64,000 bases of DNA, taken from assembly GCF_000315625.1 (NCBI RefSeq), contig NW_005434569.1, positions 169,816 through 233,815 of the forward strand. The letters are read 5' to 3'. Within the stretch, counting starts at the first letter, position 1; each line of letters starts with the position of its first letter. This document shows positions 10,501 through 25,500 of this stretch, one piece after another. The notes under the pieces were generated by a model. That model worked only from the letters and a program-made list of their open reading frames with translations, was not told the origin of the DNA and did no database searches. This stretch comes from Guillardia theta CCMP2712. Its lineage: Eukaryota; Protista; Cryptophyta. Both the position numbers and the translations under genes were made by a program.

Positions 10501-13500
10501 CTTGCCTCGTTGATGAACATGTTGAACCAATGCATCACCTGTGGCATGACCTGATCGGAGTTGATGCCTAGCAGCAGCTGCATGAAGTTGAACCCCATCA
10601 TCCCTGCGTAGAAGACGAGCTTGACAATGGTCTGAACGATCTGCCTCAGATCCCCAAACAGCTTGTAGATAGGGACAAGAAACTCTGCCGCGCACTGCTT
10701 CTTCATGTTGTTGTTCTGTGCGATCACCGCCTGAATCTCCTGTGTGGTGTAGACCGAGGAGCACGCCTCGCTGCTCACCGACTGGTAGAAGTCCAGCACC
10801 GTCTGCGTCACAAAGGCCTGGTTGGATATGCTGTAGGCCGACGGGTTGTAGAGGAAGCGTGATTCAACGCACACCCCCGCGGCCTTGCAGTTGGCAGCCT
10901 GTATCCTCTGCAGGAGGCTTGCGACGTGCGTTGAGAGGTTGTTCATCGTAGAGTCGAGCGTCCATATGCGTATGGGGATCATCGTGCTGGTGGTTGGGGC
11001 CGCGGACATGGCATCGCGGCACGCACCGAAGCGCTGCTTAGGGTCAAGCCAGGTCTCTTTCGGGATGGATCCGTAGCACTTCCTGTTGGAGTAGGGTTTG
11101 GAGTACCGGTCGCTGTCGGAGCAGAAGACCCATTCCCTGTCCCAGAACTTGCTGTCATTCACGGGATTGGGCGGCGCCGGGGTGGAGATGGAGGCGCTGC
11201 TTTGTATCTGGAAGAGCGAGGTGAAATCCTGCAGGTAGGCCTGCAGGAAGCTGTCGACGGTCCACTTGCTCGGGTCGATGGCGTTGTCGAGCAACGGGCA
11301 ATCGATGGAATTGCCACAGATCTGCCTTCGGAGGTCCTGTGCCATCGTGCGGGAGAGGGAGAGCCTCACGGGAACCCCAAAGCTTGTGAATTGTCTCATG
11401 CTGCTGGATACGGGGTTCCTGGCGTTGTCGGTTCTGTCGACGTAGGATCTGAGCTGTGGCGAGGGCTGGCACTCCTGGAATGTCCTCCTATGGTTGGCCT
11501 GGAATTGCGTGACAAAGTCCGTTGGGGATGGAACGTCGAGGGCGTGCAAGGAAGTGCTCGTCACTGGCTTCCCCGCGATGAGGGCTGTGGTGCTGCACTC
11601 GAGGTGTGAGAAGTTGTACCGGTGGCATCTCCCCCCGATGGGAACGGTGCTTGGGACGCGGACGAGGCGCCCTGTGTGGCATTCCCCTCCCGCGTCCAGG
11701 GTGGTGATGCCGGCATCCGCCGTGATGCTCACAGGGAGATACCTGAGCTGGAACTCCCTGAGACGATCGTGGACGGGGCAGTCTGTGTTCTGTGCCGCAC
11801 TCCCTAGGTCGGTGCCGTCGCGGAGGACGCCCTTGGTGTTGGGCCAGTCAAGGCTCCGCTTGCATCCCTGCGTTCCCGCGTAGCTCTGCTTGGTCTTCCA
11901 TTGGTTCCCCGTGAGGAGATCGACCGTCTGGTACAGCCCACAGCTGCTCGCCGTGTCGGTGGTGAGGAAGGAGCAGTCCGACTTCGAGGAGCAGCTGCAG
12001 ATCTCGCTCACGAAGAATGGGTCTGCGAGGTCTGGGATCGTGGTTCCAAAGGGCTGCATGGGGTTGGACATCCCGTTCCCTACCGTGCCGCCCATCTGGT
12101 TGGTCTCCGAGAACATCGTCGCTGCACGGGGCCCGTAGGGTGCCTTGGGGCGGAAGGACTGCGACGATCCTCCCCAGTAGTGCATCTCCCTCACAGGGCA
12201 GTCCCAGGATACCGCCCCGTTCTGCGATGCGCTGCCAAGCTCGGCCGCATTCAGATCGTAATCCGAGCGGGAATCGATGGCGTAGGTCTTAAGCCAATCG
12301 AGGTTGTTGGATGCGCATGGGTCGATCCCTGGGGTGCTCGGGGAGGTATCCGCATTGGTTGCATAGGCAAGGGGCAGGCATTTCGGCAGCAGGTTGTGCG
12401 TGACGCCGTCGGGCAGCGGGGCGAGGTCGGCGACGAGGAGCGACCCCCCGATGTCCATCTGCGACTGCTTCAGGATGCCAAACTGTGGCGAGCGGGCCTG
12501 GAATGCAGGGTTTGGATTCGAGCCAAAGATGCCCGAGTAAGGCATGGAGGTGGCCGGGCGTGTATAGAGATCCTCCATCGTCGTCCCGGACCCGCCGCCA
12601 AAGCTTCCCTGCTCGTGCAGGCAGGTTGTGTTGACGCGAATCCCGCGGTTGCAGAGATTGTTGCCTGCAGTGCTCAGGATGTCGATGCGGGATGGGGGCT
12701 GGTTGTTCTTTGTGATGCACTGGGCATAGACCAGGGAGTTGTACTCCGTGCAGGCGGAGATCCCGGTCTTGCAACCCCCGCTGATGACGGTGCTGAACTC
12801 ATTGGGGAGCACCACCGTGTCGCAGGCATCCCTGATGTTGAAGCCCCCGCCCAGCCATGGGTTGAGCGAGAGCACGTAGCCGTCGAAGGTCCTGTAGCAA
12901 ACGGCCTCGGATTGCAGCGTCTCCTCGCAGCGCATATCGCTCAGCACCCAATCGAGGTATTGATCTCGCGACGGCCTCGCAGCCTTGGCCCAGTGCAGGC
13001 TGTGCATCGAGGTCACCTGTGCAGCCGTGAGCTTGGTTAGCACGGATTGCTCGAGGTCAGCGACGCTTGCAGACTTCCGCTTGTACTGCGCAAGGCACGA
13101 CTTGAGGCTCTCCCTGTGTGACGCCGGTGTGCATTCGGTGGTCTTGACAATCTGGTTGATGCACTTGTCGAGGGGTTGGAGACGCATGGTCTCGGCCTGT
13201 GCCCTGTAGCTGTTCAGCTCGTAGAGGTTCAGCGTTGTGTCGGGATACTTGCTGTTGGTGTCCATGAATGAAAGGCTGAGGAAATCCGGCGTTATCCACA
13301 GCTGGTTGTACAGGTCGGAAGGGAGAAGGCCGTTGCCAGACGTGATCTGCCTTGACACAAGAAAGTGCATGAGCCGGAATGCATCCTTCTGTGTATACCC
13401 ATTGGCCGCTGAGCTCTGCCCTGTGAGGCCGATGTAGTTCCTGTCAGAGCTTGTGAAGCCAAGAACGGATTCGTCGATCCTCCTGTAGCGGTACAGGTGT

Positions 13501-16500
13501 TTTCCGATATACTTGAGCAACGGCACGCGGGCGCAGTCACTCTTGCAGATCCAGAGGTTGTTCATGATCTCTGCCAATACGCTCTGATTCACCGACCTCA
13601 GCGGGCACTTGGAGAGCGCGTCCGTCGCGCTGCTGGCACAGAAGATCTCCGTTGCATTCTGCAGATGCAGGGCAATGGCATGCACGAGGCTGTTGTCGCG
13701 GGCAACATTGCAGACCTTGCCAGGGCAGGGGCTCACCGATCCCAGGCTCGTAGAGCAAGAATCGGTGCTGCAGCGTGTAGAGACCCCAGTGGGTCTTGCC
13801 CCGTACCGGCTCCAGATGGCCTCGTTGGAGAGGACGGCGAAGTTGGGCTGCTGCCCCGTCCCGGCATACCATGAGTTCAGCGTGCTCTGCACCGAACCCA
13901 CCGTCTCCGCATCCCAGCCCGTCCATGACAGCAGGTGGCTCTTGTTCACCCCCGTGACATTGAAGCAGTCGACCCAGGCAGGGTACCATCTCGTGCTCGT
14001 CCTGGGGTATTCCACAGAGTAGAACTCGTCCGCATTGGGATCGCGGCTCCCCGCCGTCCCGTCGCGATAGAACACGTAGATGTCAACACCCCTGACGGAC
14101 TGCACAAGGTCGACGGGGGTAGAGAACCCGCCGAGCGACTGGCTGTCTCGCAGGCAGGTGGAGTCGGTGCGCAAGCAGATGTCGCCAGCTGGGTTGGTGA
14201 CGTCGAGATCAATGGTTGTGAACTGCACCGAGGCCAGCGATGGGTTGACGGCGCTTTGTATGTCCCGCACAAAGAGGAACTGCTTGCAATGCGTCTGCAT
14301 TGAGATGTTATTCCCACCATTCACCCCTGGGGCGTTGAGGTACGTGTTGGTGCACCTGTCATCCTGCGAAGCATGAAGCAAATCGCAGGACTGCCCCGTG
14401 CGTTGGTCGTAGGATGGGGTTGGATTGCAGACATTGATGGAACGGCAGTTCTGCGCAGAGTCACACAGTCGCACCTCGGGATCCTGATCCAGGTTCTTGG
14501 TGATCCCAGGCTCGTAACCGGGGAAGTTGCTGTACAGGCATGCGGTGGTTTGCAGCGTGTTGTCCCGTATGAGGCTCTGATACCTTCGGAACAGTGCACC
14601 GTTGTATTGCACGTCTCCGTAGGTAAAATCCTCCAGCGGCTCATCTTCACGCAGCACGGAGGACAGGATCGAGTCGAGCTCCGAGTCTAGGAATCGCCGG
14701 AAGATATTCGGGAAGTTGTACTGCAGGATGCCGCTGGTGGCATCGAAGTACTGCTTGTCTCGCGAGAGGAAGTCTGTCGCGAAATCCGCCCTCTGGAATG
14801 CCAGGTTTGCCCTCGCCGTGCGGTTCACCCCCGAGTTGGCAGCGGCGTATCCCAGGTTGATGTCACCGCTGAGGATGAAGTGCAGGACCTGGGTGAGCAG
14901 CGCTGGGATTCCGTCGTCGGCTGGGAGCCCGCCGTCGTCCTGATAGACAGGGTCCGTGTTGGTGATCTTGGTGCTGTCCGAGATGACATCGCTCGAGGTG
15001 GTGTATTGGTTGTACGCCCAATCGTGGTTGTAACGGCTCTGGAGCTTGCGCAGCTGCACGTAAGTCAGGTTGATGTACTCAGGGTGCGAGGAATAGCCCA
15101 TCGCTGCCGTGACGTCGGCCTGCGCCTGCAGCAGCTTCGAGTACAGCGTGTCGTAGATGCTGAGGGCAATCTGGTCTTGGTTCACCACCGCCCGCCTCGA
15201 TGATTGCAGGTACAGCGCATTGGCCATCATCAGGAATTGCCTCACCGTCGACGGTTGATAGCCCGCGGTGTGTGAGTTCTTCCAGCCCGCACAGGGCACT
15301 TGATCGATGTTGCCGGCGATCATGCCGTCGATGTTCACGTCGCCGTCTAGAATGACGCACTGCGCCCACCACTTCATCGGGATCTCCATCTGTGAGGCGT
15401 CATCATAAAAGTACAGCGTCATGTAGGGGTAGAAGTAGGTGGGTACCCCGGGCTCGAACTCGTATGCATACCACTGTGTTGCCTCGTTGGTTGATTCGGA
15501 CTGCGCGTAGAGCGACATCGTATTGTACACATTCGCGATGCACACTGCCTGCTGCTGGTACTCCTCCCAGGTGTTGAAACCTCGCTTGAAACCACGGAGC
15601 AGGATATCATTCAACGCGCTTGCCACCTTGTTCCGGTCTGCCAATGCATAGCTGTATTTGTAGTAGCGGCAGAGGGTGCCTACTGCCTGCTCGTTGATGT
15701 ACGAAGGATTGAACTGACAGGAGGCCTTGAGGACGTCGTAGTCCTCGCATAGCATGCGCGCGATGGGGTTTGTCAATGGGTCCATACGGCATGGGACCCC
15801 ATCCGTCAGGGTTGTGGAGGAGGTTGACAGATCCACAAGATATCCGGCACTGCCGCAATACAGTGCGTCCTGCAGGGTGTAGGCATCCCTCCTCGTCCCA
15901 AGATTCTGCAGGTTGAGCCTGTTGATCAATCTGCCCTGCATCTTGTATCCCATGACATAGAAGTCCTGCAAGAAGCAGATCTGCAGTTCGGAGCACATGG
16001 AGAGGGAGAGGGATATGTTCCCAAAGGAGTCCTCACGGTTGTACCCCTGGTAAGGGGCCAGGAATCCCGTCCTCTTCCTCTCCAGGCTGCCGAGCTTGCA
16101 GAGCTGCAGGGACCACTTGTTGTCACCCGACGAGACCCAGGTCCTGGTAGTCTCCCCCTGTGCCTCCACCGGCAAGGGGATCCCAAGGCTGTCAACAGTA
16201 GTGGATGGATTGCCGACACAGGATGGGAACTGGAACTGGTAGTCCATATCGCAGGTGTGAGGCTCCATCTGCAGGATCCCGCGGTCGAACATGTCGAGCC
16301 GTATCTGCGCGTCGGTGAGGTATGGGTCTGTGCTGGGCCATTGGATGTCATCGGGGATATTTGCCAGCGTCGCTGTTGCAGCACCCGCAACCCCGGAGCG
16401 GGCGATCAGCTGCTCGTACTCGAACCAGGAGCGGAAGCCGCAGAGCCCGTGCCGGGAGAGGAAGTCCTGCGAGTTCTGCCAGGGTGAATGACCGAGGGTC

Positions 16501-19500
16501 TCCGTGCCGCATGCCTCCGAATTGACATGCATCTCCACGGGCCACGGGGCGTAGTTCCGCAGCATGACGTGCGGGTCTACACAGGTTCCCATGCCGGTGC
16601 AGACCCTTCCGGCGGCACCGCAATGATAATTCTGGTAGCATTCCATTGCCAATGCATTCTGCACTACGCACACCCCGTCCATCTCCTTCCCCTCCGCGTC
16701 CGACCATGCCCTCAGGCACTTGAAACCCTCCCCATAGAGTGAGACGCAGTCCCCGTCCGCGGTGCAGGTAAAGAAGTCGGTCTGGCCGCAGTCCCCGTTC
16801 CATCCCACCGCCGTGTGATTGGGGAGGCGGTAGCGCTGCAAGTCGGTGCTTGACTGGGGCCAGGATACCGCTGGGAGCATGCCTGGCCACCAGCGGTAGA
16901 GCATGCCCGACGATGGGAAGGATTGGTCCGACTGCCGGCCGTTGCTTGGGACATCGCTCCAGCTCGTTGCAGCCGTGGACTGCACAAAGGTGCCAGAGGG
17001 GGCGGTGTCTGCCTTGATGGGCTGTGTGGGATCCATCCTCTGCCCGCTGGTCCATCGGCTTTGGAGCCTCACGTTGTTGGTCTCCCACATGGGCATGCCG
17101 TAGGATGCCGAGCTGCAGGTGGAGGCGGCACCAAAGTAATTGCGAAGCAGCGTCTCGTTCTGCAGTCTCCGCGTGTCGAGCACGAGGTAGCGCTCGTCGG
17201 TGGCAGTGTCATAGTCGACGGACATCCAGGTGTCGAACGCCCTGTATGCCGTCTCCGTGTGCCGGCAGCCGGTGGTGACATGGTAACCCGTCGGGTGGAT
17301 CCAGTGGCTTGGCCAGTAGTCGAGGAGGGCATCGGCGTGCTCGTTGCTCCCCAGCGCCGTCCCTGCTAGGAGGCCCTCCCCGAGCCTTCCACCGAGGATC
17401 GACACCGTCTGCAGGTTGCGCCTGTCGTTGAGAGTCATCTGGAAGGTGTCGATATACTGCTGCTCGTAGGTGTTGATGCTGGATGCGAGGGTCTGCATGT
17501 CCGAAGCGGATAGACCTGTGTTCTGCAGCTCCTCGCTCGGAACCACTGTTGGCACGGTCATGGTGGACAGGCGCATGTCGTCGTCGTCGAGGGTGCGCGG
17601 ATCGATGGGGAGCTGGCAGGTGCCGGTGGTGTCGGACCAGGTGTATCCCTTGCATGCCACACCCTGCAGGCTTGCACAGAGGCACGGGTCGTGGAAGACC
17701 CCGTCGCAGTACACAAGGCAGTCCGAGGTTGCGTAGGCATTGGTGCAGCTCACAGAATGAGAATAGGGGCACTTGGAGCTGTCAAAGGTGGCGGAGAGGC
17801 CGCCAGATGGCACAATGTCGTAGATCCCATGCAGATTGCAGAGCGAGACAAGCCGCACCTGTGTCACGCATCGCAGCCTCCAGAGATCCACCGTTGTCCT
17901 CTGTGATCCTATCTCTGGGTTCGGTGTGGTGGATTGATAGATGGCGTCTACGTGGAGCAGGGCCTCCAGCCGTGCCAGCTCCAGCACGAACCTTGAGCAG
18001 AACGCCTCGGTGGACGAGGAGTGAACCGTCCTCGCCATGGGCATCAGATGATCGCGGAAGTGTGCATCCACCCTTGCCAGGTCCTTGACGTAGTCCTTGA
18101 ACCCATTGCTGGAGTGATCGCTGTTGGTGTCATCGATGCAATCCTCGATGGCAGCACTGGTGTCGGTGTCTGCATTGTACAGTTTGTGCTTTCGGGACGA
18201 GGGATTGAGGAACTCCGGGTAGTTCTGCTGTAGGTAATCCATGTTGGCAAGCCTCAACCCAGATGTGCCATGCGTGAGGAGGTCCGCCCAGTCAAAGTCG
18301 TAACCCCCCAAGAGGGAGCCCTGCACTCCCACGGCCCACTTGTCCACCTTGGTATCGCTCACAATTCCCCATACATCCGACAGCTGCATATCCGTGCAGA
18401 CCCAGGTGGGCATCCACACGGCTTCCATCGTACGGTAAACCGCCAACCACTGCGAGAAGGTGGAATAGGACCCTGCAGAGCAGATCGAGTAGAATTCCTG
18501 TATTGTTGCGGCGTCCAGAGCGGTCCCCTGCAAAGACGCCGTCTGGCAAACACCCGTGGGAACAGAGCAGCTTGTGCCGTCTGTGGATTTCCAACCGCAG
18601 TAGCAGCGGGTGGTGAAAGAGGACAGGTTCAGCCCGTAGGCCCCGTACGATGCCGTCTGCATACCCGTGAGATGAGGGGGCATCGTGTAGGATGTCCCGC
18701 TGGCATCCAGGGTGATGCGGTTGCCCGAGGCCGAGGGGAGGATGTCATAGGCGACGGGCCTTACCGTGGATTGGGAGTCCCTGCATCGCTGGCTCTTGGA
18801 TGGCATGTACCTCACATCCCCTCCCCTGAATCCGTGATAGAACGGCGACTCTGCCTTGGCCTTGGAGAGCAGCGTCTGCACCGTCTCCTCGATGCCGTCA
18901 ACGTATCCCGAGGAGGGGGTCGCCGTGGCATCGTGCTGGTAGGCGCTGTAGATGGTGTCAAGTGCAAGCCCGTCCAGCGTGCTGTTGAGGGGGAGGACGG
19001 CAAAGGTCTGCGAGAGAACGTTGGTGCACACCTGCCAGAGGTTCTGCGACGATTTCGGGTCGAGTATGTCCTCCGTGTCGTACCGGAGGATGGGTTTCGA
19101 GGTGTCAAACAGGGACTCATCCTTGGCCTGCGTCTTCTGGCTCTCCGTGAGGTTGGAGGAGTATTCATTGAACATTGTCACATTGGTGTAGATGTCGATG
19201 ATGTGCTGGTTGATCTTCTCGTAGATGCCCGAGAGCACATCCTCCGTCTCTAGGATGTCAAAGTTGATGCCCTGGATGTCCTTCGAAGTCCAGAGGTCCG
19301 GCTCGTTGGCCTTGCAGCAACGGAGGTTGTTCGTTCCGTCTCCGCACTGGCAGCCAAACAGGAGGGTGTTTGTGAGGACATCGCGGAATTGCCTCAGCTT
19401 CGCCCTCACCCCATTCTGCACGGCCTGTCGGAGCAGGTTGTTGCTGCTATCGGTGTTGAATCTCTTCAGCGTCTGGATGAAGCTGTGGATGATTGCCATC

Positions 19501-22500
19501 CTTCCCGGCCCGCCGCAGGAGAAGGGGGAGACCTGCGGGCAGCATGCGTCTTGGGCGGGGTCGCAGCCTGCCGATGGAATCTGGAATGTGCGATCCAGGG
19601 TGGAGGATCGGTAGTACTGAAGGACCTGAAGCGAGCGCGATCCGCCCGACGGCCAGAGCTCGGCTGCGGAGAACGGCCCTAGGAAGTAACAGTCGAAGAG
19701 CTGGTGGATGACATCCCCCTCCATTGAGAAGAAGTTGAGGTCCAGCTCTGTGTTGGACCAGCCCAGCACCTCGGGTGTGAATAGCGCCCTGGCCTCCGCC
19801 GCCACCGCATCGTACTCGTCCTGAACGGACTGGTACAGGGCCTGCGATCCGGGCACGTAGCTCACCGCATGCAGCGAGGCGATCGGGACGCGGTTGCTCG
19901 TCCTCCCCGACCAGATGTATTGCGGGAGCTGGCACTGTGAGGAGAGCGAGGTGCTCAGGCACTGGCTGAACTCGTGGGCAATCGCCGGATTGGGGTTCTG
20001 TGCCGGACCCGTGAAGACCTCGCAGCCATCGATGTCTGCATAGTCCGCATTGTCGGAGGAGAAGCTTGCGATGCTATACAGGAAGTAATTCACACGGCTT
20101 GTGTTCATCAGGGTGAGGTAGCCGAGGAGGCAGGCATCCGTTCCGGTTCCCACGCGCACGGACTCGGAGAAGCAATTCAGCACCGATTGCTGGATGAATG
20201 AGGGGTTGTACACATTGTCGATGATGAATCCAAGGTTTTGCAGGTCTGGATAGAGCTTGTAGTTGGAGATGTAGGCAGCCCCCGTGTCCCACACCTTGTT
20301 GGCAAAGTTGGATCGGCAGCGCGTGAGCACCGTCCCTGCATCGATCCCCTGACGCTCTAACAAGGGGAGCGTTGGGCGGTAGGTGTCGCAGCTCCCAAAC
20401 CGCGTGGTGGTAGCCATGCAACGCAGGTAGGCATCCATCCCCTTGCCCGTCGATGGGTTGTATCGGCATGCGTCGACCAGCTCCTGGAACGTGTACGGGT
20501 TGAATATGAGGTATGGCTTGCCGTCGGACCTCAGGATCTGCATCACACCGGTGCACCAGAAGGCATGCTCCCGGATGCCCTCACCCCTCCTCGCGCTGTT
20601 GATGTGGTGAGCATAGTCCCCGCACGCACACTTTGCAATGGTCGTCGTTGTGATATCCGGCAGCTTGCAGTGCTTCTCGTCGATGGTCTGCAGCACATCC
20701 ATGAACCCGTAGACCACGCCTCGCATGTAGCTCAGCGTCGCATCCGCGGAGTGGTACAGCGGTGAGAGGTTCAGCGTAAACCCCAGGTCGATGAAGCGGC
20801 TGGCCACCTGCGAGGCCGCGTTGTTTAGTGTGGAGGAGCTGCCGCCAAGGGCAAACGATTGGACGTCCTGCCCAAACACCTGAGTGAGGCAGACGCCTGT
20901 CATGTCTGCCGTGGCCGATTGTATGTCGGCATTGCTGATGACCATCTGCATGTTGCCAAACAGATCGGTGTTCAGGATCCCCAGCACGCTGTTGGTTGTG
21001 CATACCATGATCTTTTGTGTCACGGTTGCTATGTAGATAGGCAGTATCAGTATCTGTGAGAACATGTTTGTGATGCTAGCCATAGACAGGGTCGAGCGCG
21101 CATTGAAGCTGGGGTCAAAGGGGACGAGGGAGACAGCCTGTGAGCTCAGGATCTGCTGCGCCTTCATCGTGATGCCGTTGATCAGCGAGGCGATCATCCC
21201 CACGGTGGTGACAATGATGTCCTTGGCCTCGCACATGGTGGAGGCGAAGACCTCGTCGGGCCACTCGATCCTCACCACACCGTTGAGCTGTCCCGTGCTT
21301 GCATCGACAAGGAGCTTCATGTTCTGTGAGAAGATCATGTAGATACTCTGTAGGATCGTGAGGATCTGTCTTGTGACCATCTCTGCCGACGCCCCGATGG
21401 CGCAGAGTGGGCGTTGGTAGTTCACCGTCGTCCCTATGCAGTTGGCAACCGCGCACTGCGATGCCGCATAGCAGAGCCTCTGCACAGTGGGGTATCCCAT
21501 GCATCCCGTGCAATCGTCAACGCTGCAGTTCTTCTTGAGCGTTGTCAGGATCTGGTAGGCAGTGCTGAATGCCCTCTGCCCCGCCCACACACCGGAGGCG
21601 ATATTCAGGCGGATGTCGGAGAGCCACGTTGTTGTCACCCTCTCGTTTGCAATCGCGAAGATGGTCATGGACGATTGCTGCGAGGGCCCGTTGTATCCAG
21701 AGAGGGAGTTCTGCGACATCTTCGGTGTCTGGCGTATGATCTGGTTGTCCTGTGTGATGGATATCTTGGGGTTCGCCACGGTGGCCAATCCCAGGGTTGT
21801 CGCAAGGTTGGAGCTCATCCCCGTGGGGTGGCAGGTGAGGACGTCCACGTTCCGATCACAAACCCTGACGCTGTAGCCATCCGTAATGGGGAACAGCGCT
21901 ATCCCACTGCAGGAGGGGTCCAGGCATGTCACATAGGGGGTGTCGATGGTCGAGAAGATGTTCTGATTGTCAGAGCACTGCTGGATTGTGTAGGCAGAGG
22001 TCTTCAGTGCTACGAGCTGCGCGAACTTCTTCGTGTCAAGATAGATGTGAATGCAGACCCATGCCGTGGAAGGGTTGCCATTGATGGTCTGTATGGTGGT
22101 TCCTTCTATGAAGATATCCGCAATGTCGTCGCTTGGGAAGACCACCATATCCTCGATGGTGTAGAGATCGGTGAGGAGTATCGGGTTCTGTGACGCTGGA
22201 ATGGTCTGCACAAGGGTGTAGCTCTGCCTCTGGTTGCTGATGAGGAAGACGCTGCTCACCGTGGCGGCCACCAGGATGTTGCTCTCACCGATGGAGTCAA
22301 TGAGATTGATGCTGGCATAGCTCAACCGCATCACCGACGACGACCACTCCTTGCTCTCCGCCACCGAGTAATCGATCGCCTTGTTGGCAAAGGACCCGTC
22401 GGTGACGACCGCACTCGTCCGGATCCCCGTCTTGAGGTTCGACGGCAGGCAATACGCCTTGGACACCAGATTCAGCCCGGTGTCAATCCCGGCGATCGCG

Positions 22501-25500
22501 ATGCACCGATCCGGCTGCTGCGGTGGGCCGGAGACGGATATGTCACCGTGGCAGATGCGGTTGCACCCCGAGATCTCAACCATGGTGATGATGTTGAATG
22601 GGAGCCTGTTGGTTCCGTAGTACTCGTCGTTGGAGCTGAAGAATCGGCTCTCTATGCTTGTCGTCTGGTTCATCTGGTACACCAGAGGCTTTCCCTGTGA
22701 GACCTGCCTCAGGGCCGTGTCGAATGCGTTGTACTCCTCCCCGCACGCCAGATTGCAGAGGTTTGTGTGTGCGCACATCTGGAAGTAATCCACCGGCTCG
22801 GGGAGGATCGCCATCACGTAGTCGGAGGTGTAGAAGTTGTCGCATATGCCACTCTTGGGATCGAACGCAATGAAGAGGTAATCAAAGACCGAGCCAATGC
22901 TGCTGATGCCACGGTAGAGCTCGGTGAATGTACTGTCGAACGCGGTGGTGATCTTGTCGTTTGTCAGGTTCACCATGAGGCTGCACATCGTGGTGCGGCT
23001 CCCTCCTGAGAGCTGCAGAAGATCGCTGATCACCGGTCGGAATGCAACGGGAGCCCAAGGGTAGCAAGAGTCCTTCACATACTGGCTGTAGTCCTTGCCC
23101 TGTGCATCTTTGCAGACGCAGGTGACCACAGGGAAGTACACGAAAAACACATTCACAAAATCAAACCCGTCCAGCATGGACGTTGCAAACATTCGGCAGA
23201 AATGCCTGAGGGCCGAGGCGGGCGGGTTGGAATAGCCGAGGATCATGCTGGCACCATCGCACATCTCGATGCTGGGCTGCAGGAGATACTGGCTGACGTC
23301 GTCGTGCAACCCTGTGAGGACATAGAAGATCCCGGCATCGATGGGCTGGCCGGCGGCTAGCTTCAGGACATACTCCATGATCAGCCTCTCCATGAGATGC
23401 AGGAAGAGGATGATGCTGTTGCTGCCAACCCTGACAAAGCTGCCAAATACTCGCACCCATGGGGGCATAGAGAATGTGAGCGTAGAGGTCAGTCTCTTAA
23501 GGGGTTTGTTAAAATCTACGGCCGTCAGCACAACGTCCATGAATTTCGGGGCACCGGAGGATTGGTAGGTCTTGATCACACTTGTCCCGATTACCATCTG
23601 CTTGATCGAGAGCAGCACCACGTTGTTCTTGCTGAGCTGCTGCCCGAATGTTGCGATCTTTACAAACGACATGTAATACAGAGAGGAGGCGCGCTGGAAC
23701 GAGCGGAATGCATTGTCCACATTGAGTATATCCTTCCCACATGCCAGCAGCAATGAATGCCCGAATGTTACAGAGGGGCATTCCGTGAATCTGTACCAGT
23801 CGCCGGCGCTGAAGACGGCAGGGAAGAGAACGATGATATTAATCGGCAGCCGCATGAATTCGAGCACCCCGGAGAAGCTCTCCGCCAGGCTGCTGCCAAT
23901 CTCCGGCATCCTTCTCATGCTAGGGCAGAGGAGCCCCTCGCTGAGCATGGATTGTGGGACGAGCTCCTGGAACATCTGCGTTGCCGGGCCCTCGTTTGTG
24001 GCGGGGTTCACAAAGTAGACGGCGTAGGCATACCCGCTGTAACCGGCCCTCGGCTGTCTAGTGACGGTATCGAAGCTTTGCATGCTGGACTGCAACACCG
24101 TCACGGCGACATTGTACTCGTTAATGTACTCCAGATGCACGACCGACATGTTGTAGAGCGCACCGCAATTGCTCACCGCCTGATTCCCGTTGAAGCCCTC
24201 GAACGTCCATGTCATCACCGCCGCCCCTGTCGTCTGCGATTGATCCAGGGAGAATGCATTGAACTTCCAAACCCTGATCATGCCGTAGCTGGAGTCTACG
24301 GTGATGGAGAAACCGGCGTTGAGGCCAGCGCAATAGTCCGAGAAGGCCTGGTAGACCTCTGGGTTCGGGTTGGTGGCGTACAGGATCGCCCATTCGCTGG
24401 TTGTCGACGGGTTGTAGATCTCGGGGTAGGCCTGGTAGGCATAGGGGATGCCAATCTCGTTGGGTTGCACGGTGCTAGAGCAAGACTTGCTCCCTAGGCA
24501 TATGTCGTGTGCCGGGATCAGGCCCGGAAGGTCAACAAGCCTGTAGGTGTAGTCGTCCTGCCCGAAGATCCTCGATACCTTCACATTCCACTGCGCCAGG
24601 CCGTCTTGGTATGCCGTCAAGACCACATCGCCTGCAAAGACAAAGGGTTGGTAGGTCTCGCGGATCGTCGGTGTGCTGACGTCCTGCGGGAACTGGTAGG
24701 CGGGGGTGACATTCAGATCCATCCTCGATGCCACATCCTTGCTGTTCACACAGGTCTGTGTAGCAGGGTCCCAGCTCATCTGCGAGGCGGCATCGGACAC
24801 CACGCCGTTGACAATCTGGAACCTTGCCTTGGCGGTGGAGGACAGCGAGGATATCAGCGCACCCGCCGAGGAGGTAGCAACGCCGCAGTCTCTCAGGATA
24901 TACTGCACGGAGTCCCTCCAGTCATTGGCGCCGTAGAGCACGATCCCCTGGTTCACACTCCCCGTCAGGTGGATCCCGATGCAATACGGGTAGCAGGAGA
25001 ACCCGGTGAAACCAGGGATGCAGGCCGGATCGGGGACACCCGAGAAGGAGCAGTGCGGCATCACGTAGATGGCGGCGTCCGCCTGATTCTGAGCGTTGAG
25101 AAGGGAGCTGTCCACCTGTGTCGCACCTTTGATCTGATTCCAGGAGTTGGCAGACACCGTGCTTGCAGAGACCCTGCTCGCGGGCCAGCGCAAAGACTGC
25201 ACCTCGATCTTCAGCCTCTTGCAGGTGACATACTGGCTGGAGCTCGGAATGGCGAAGCTGACGGGGATCTTCTGCGTTGCATTGGTGGAATTCGCAGCCA
25301 TCGTCTGGTACTTGTCTCCGTTGACATAGCTCTGCAGGACCTCCTGCATCATCCCGGCGGTGAACTGCACATTGGCACGGGAGAGGTAGGGGACGATGGC
25401 ACAGGTGATCCTCACCCCCTCCCCGGCAATATCCAGGCACTCGCACCCCAGCATGCCGGTGGAGAAGTGCCCAGCATCGTCTCCCTCGGGGAGCTCCCCG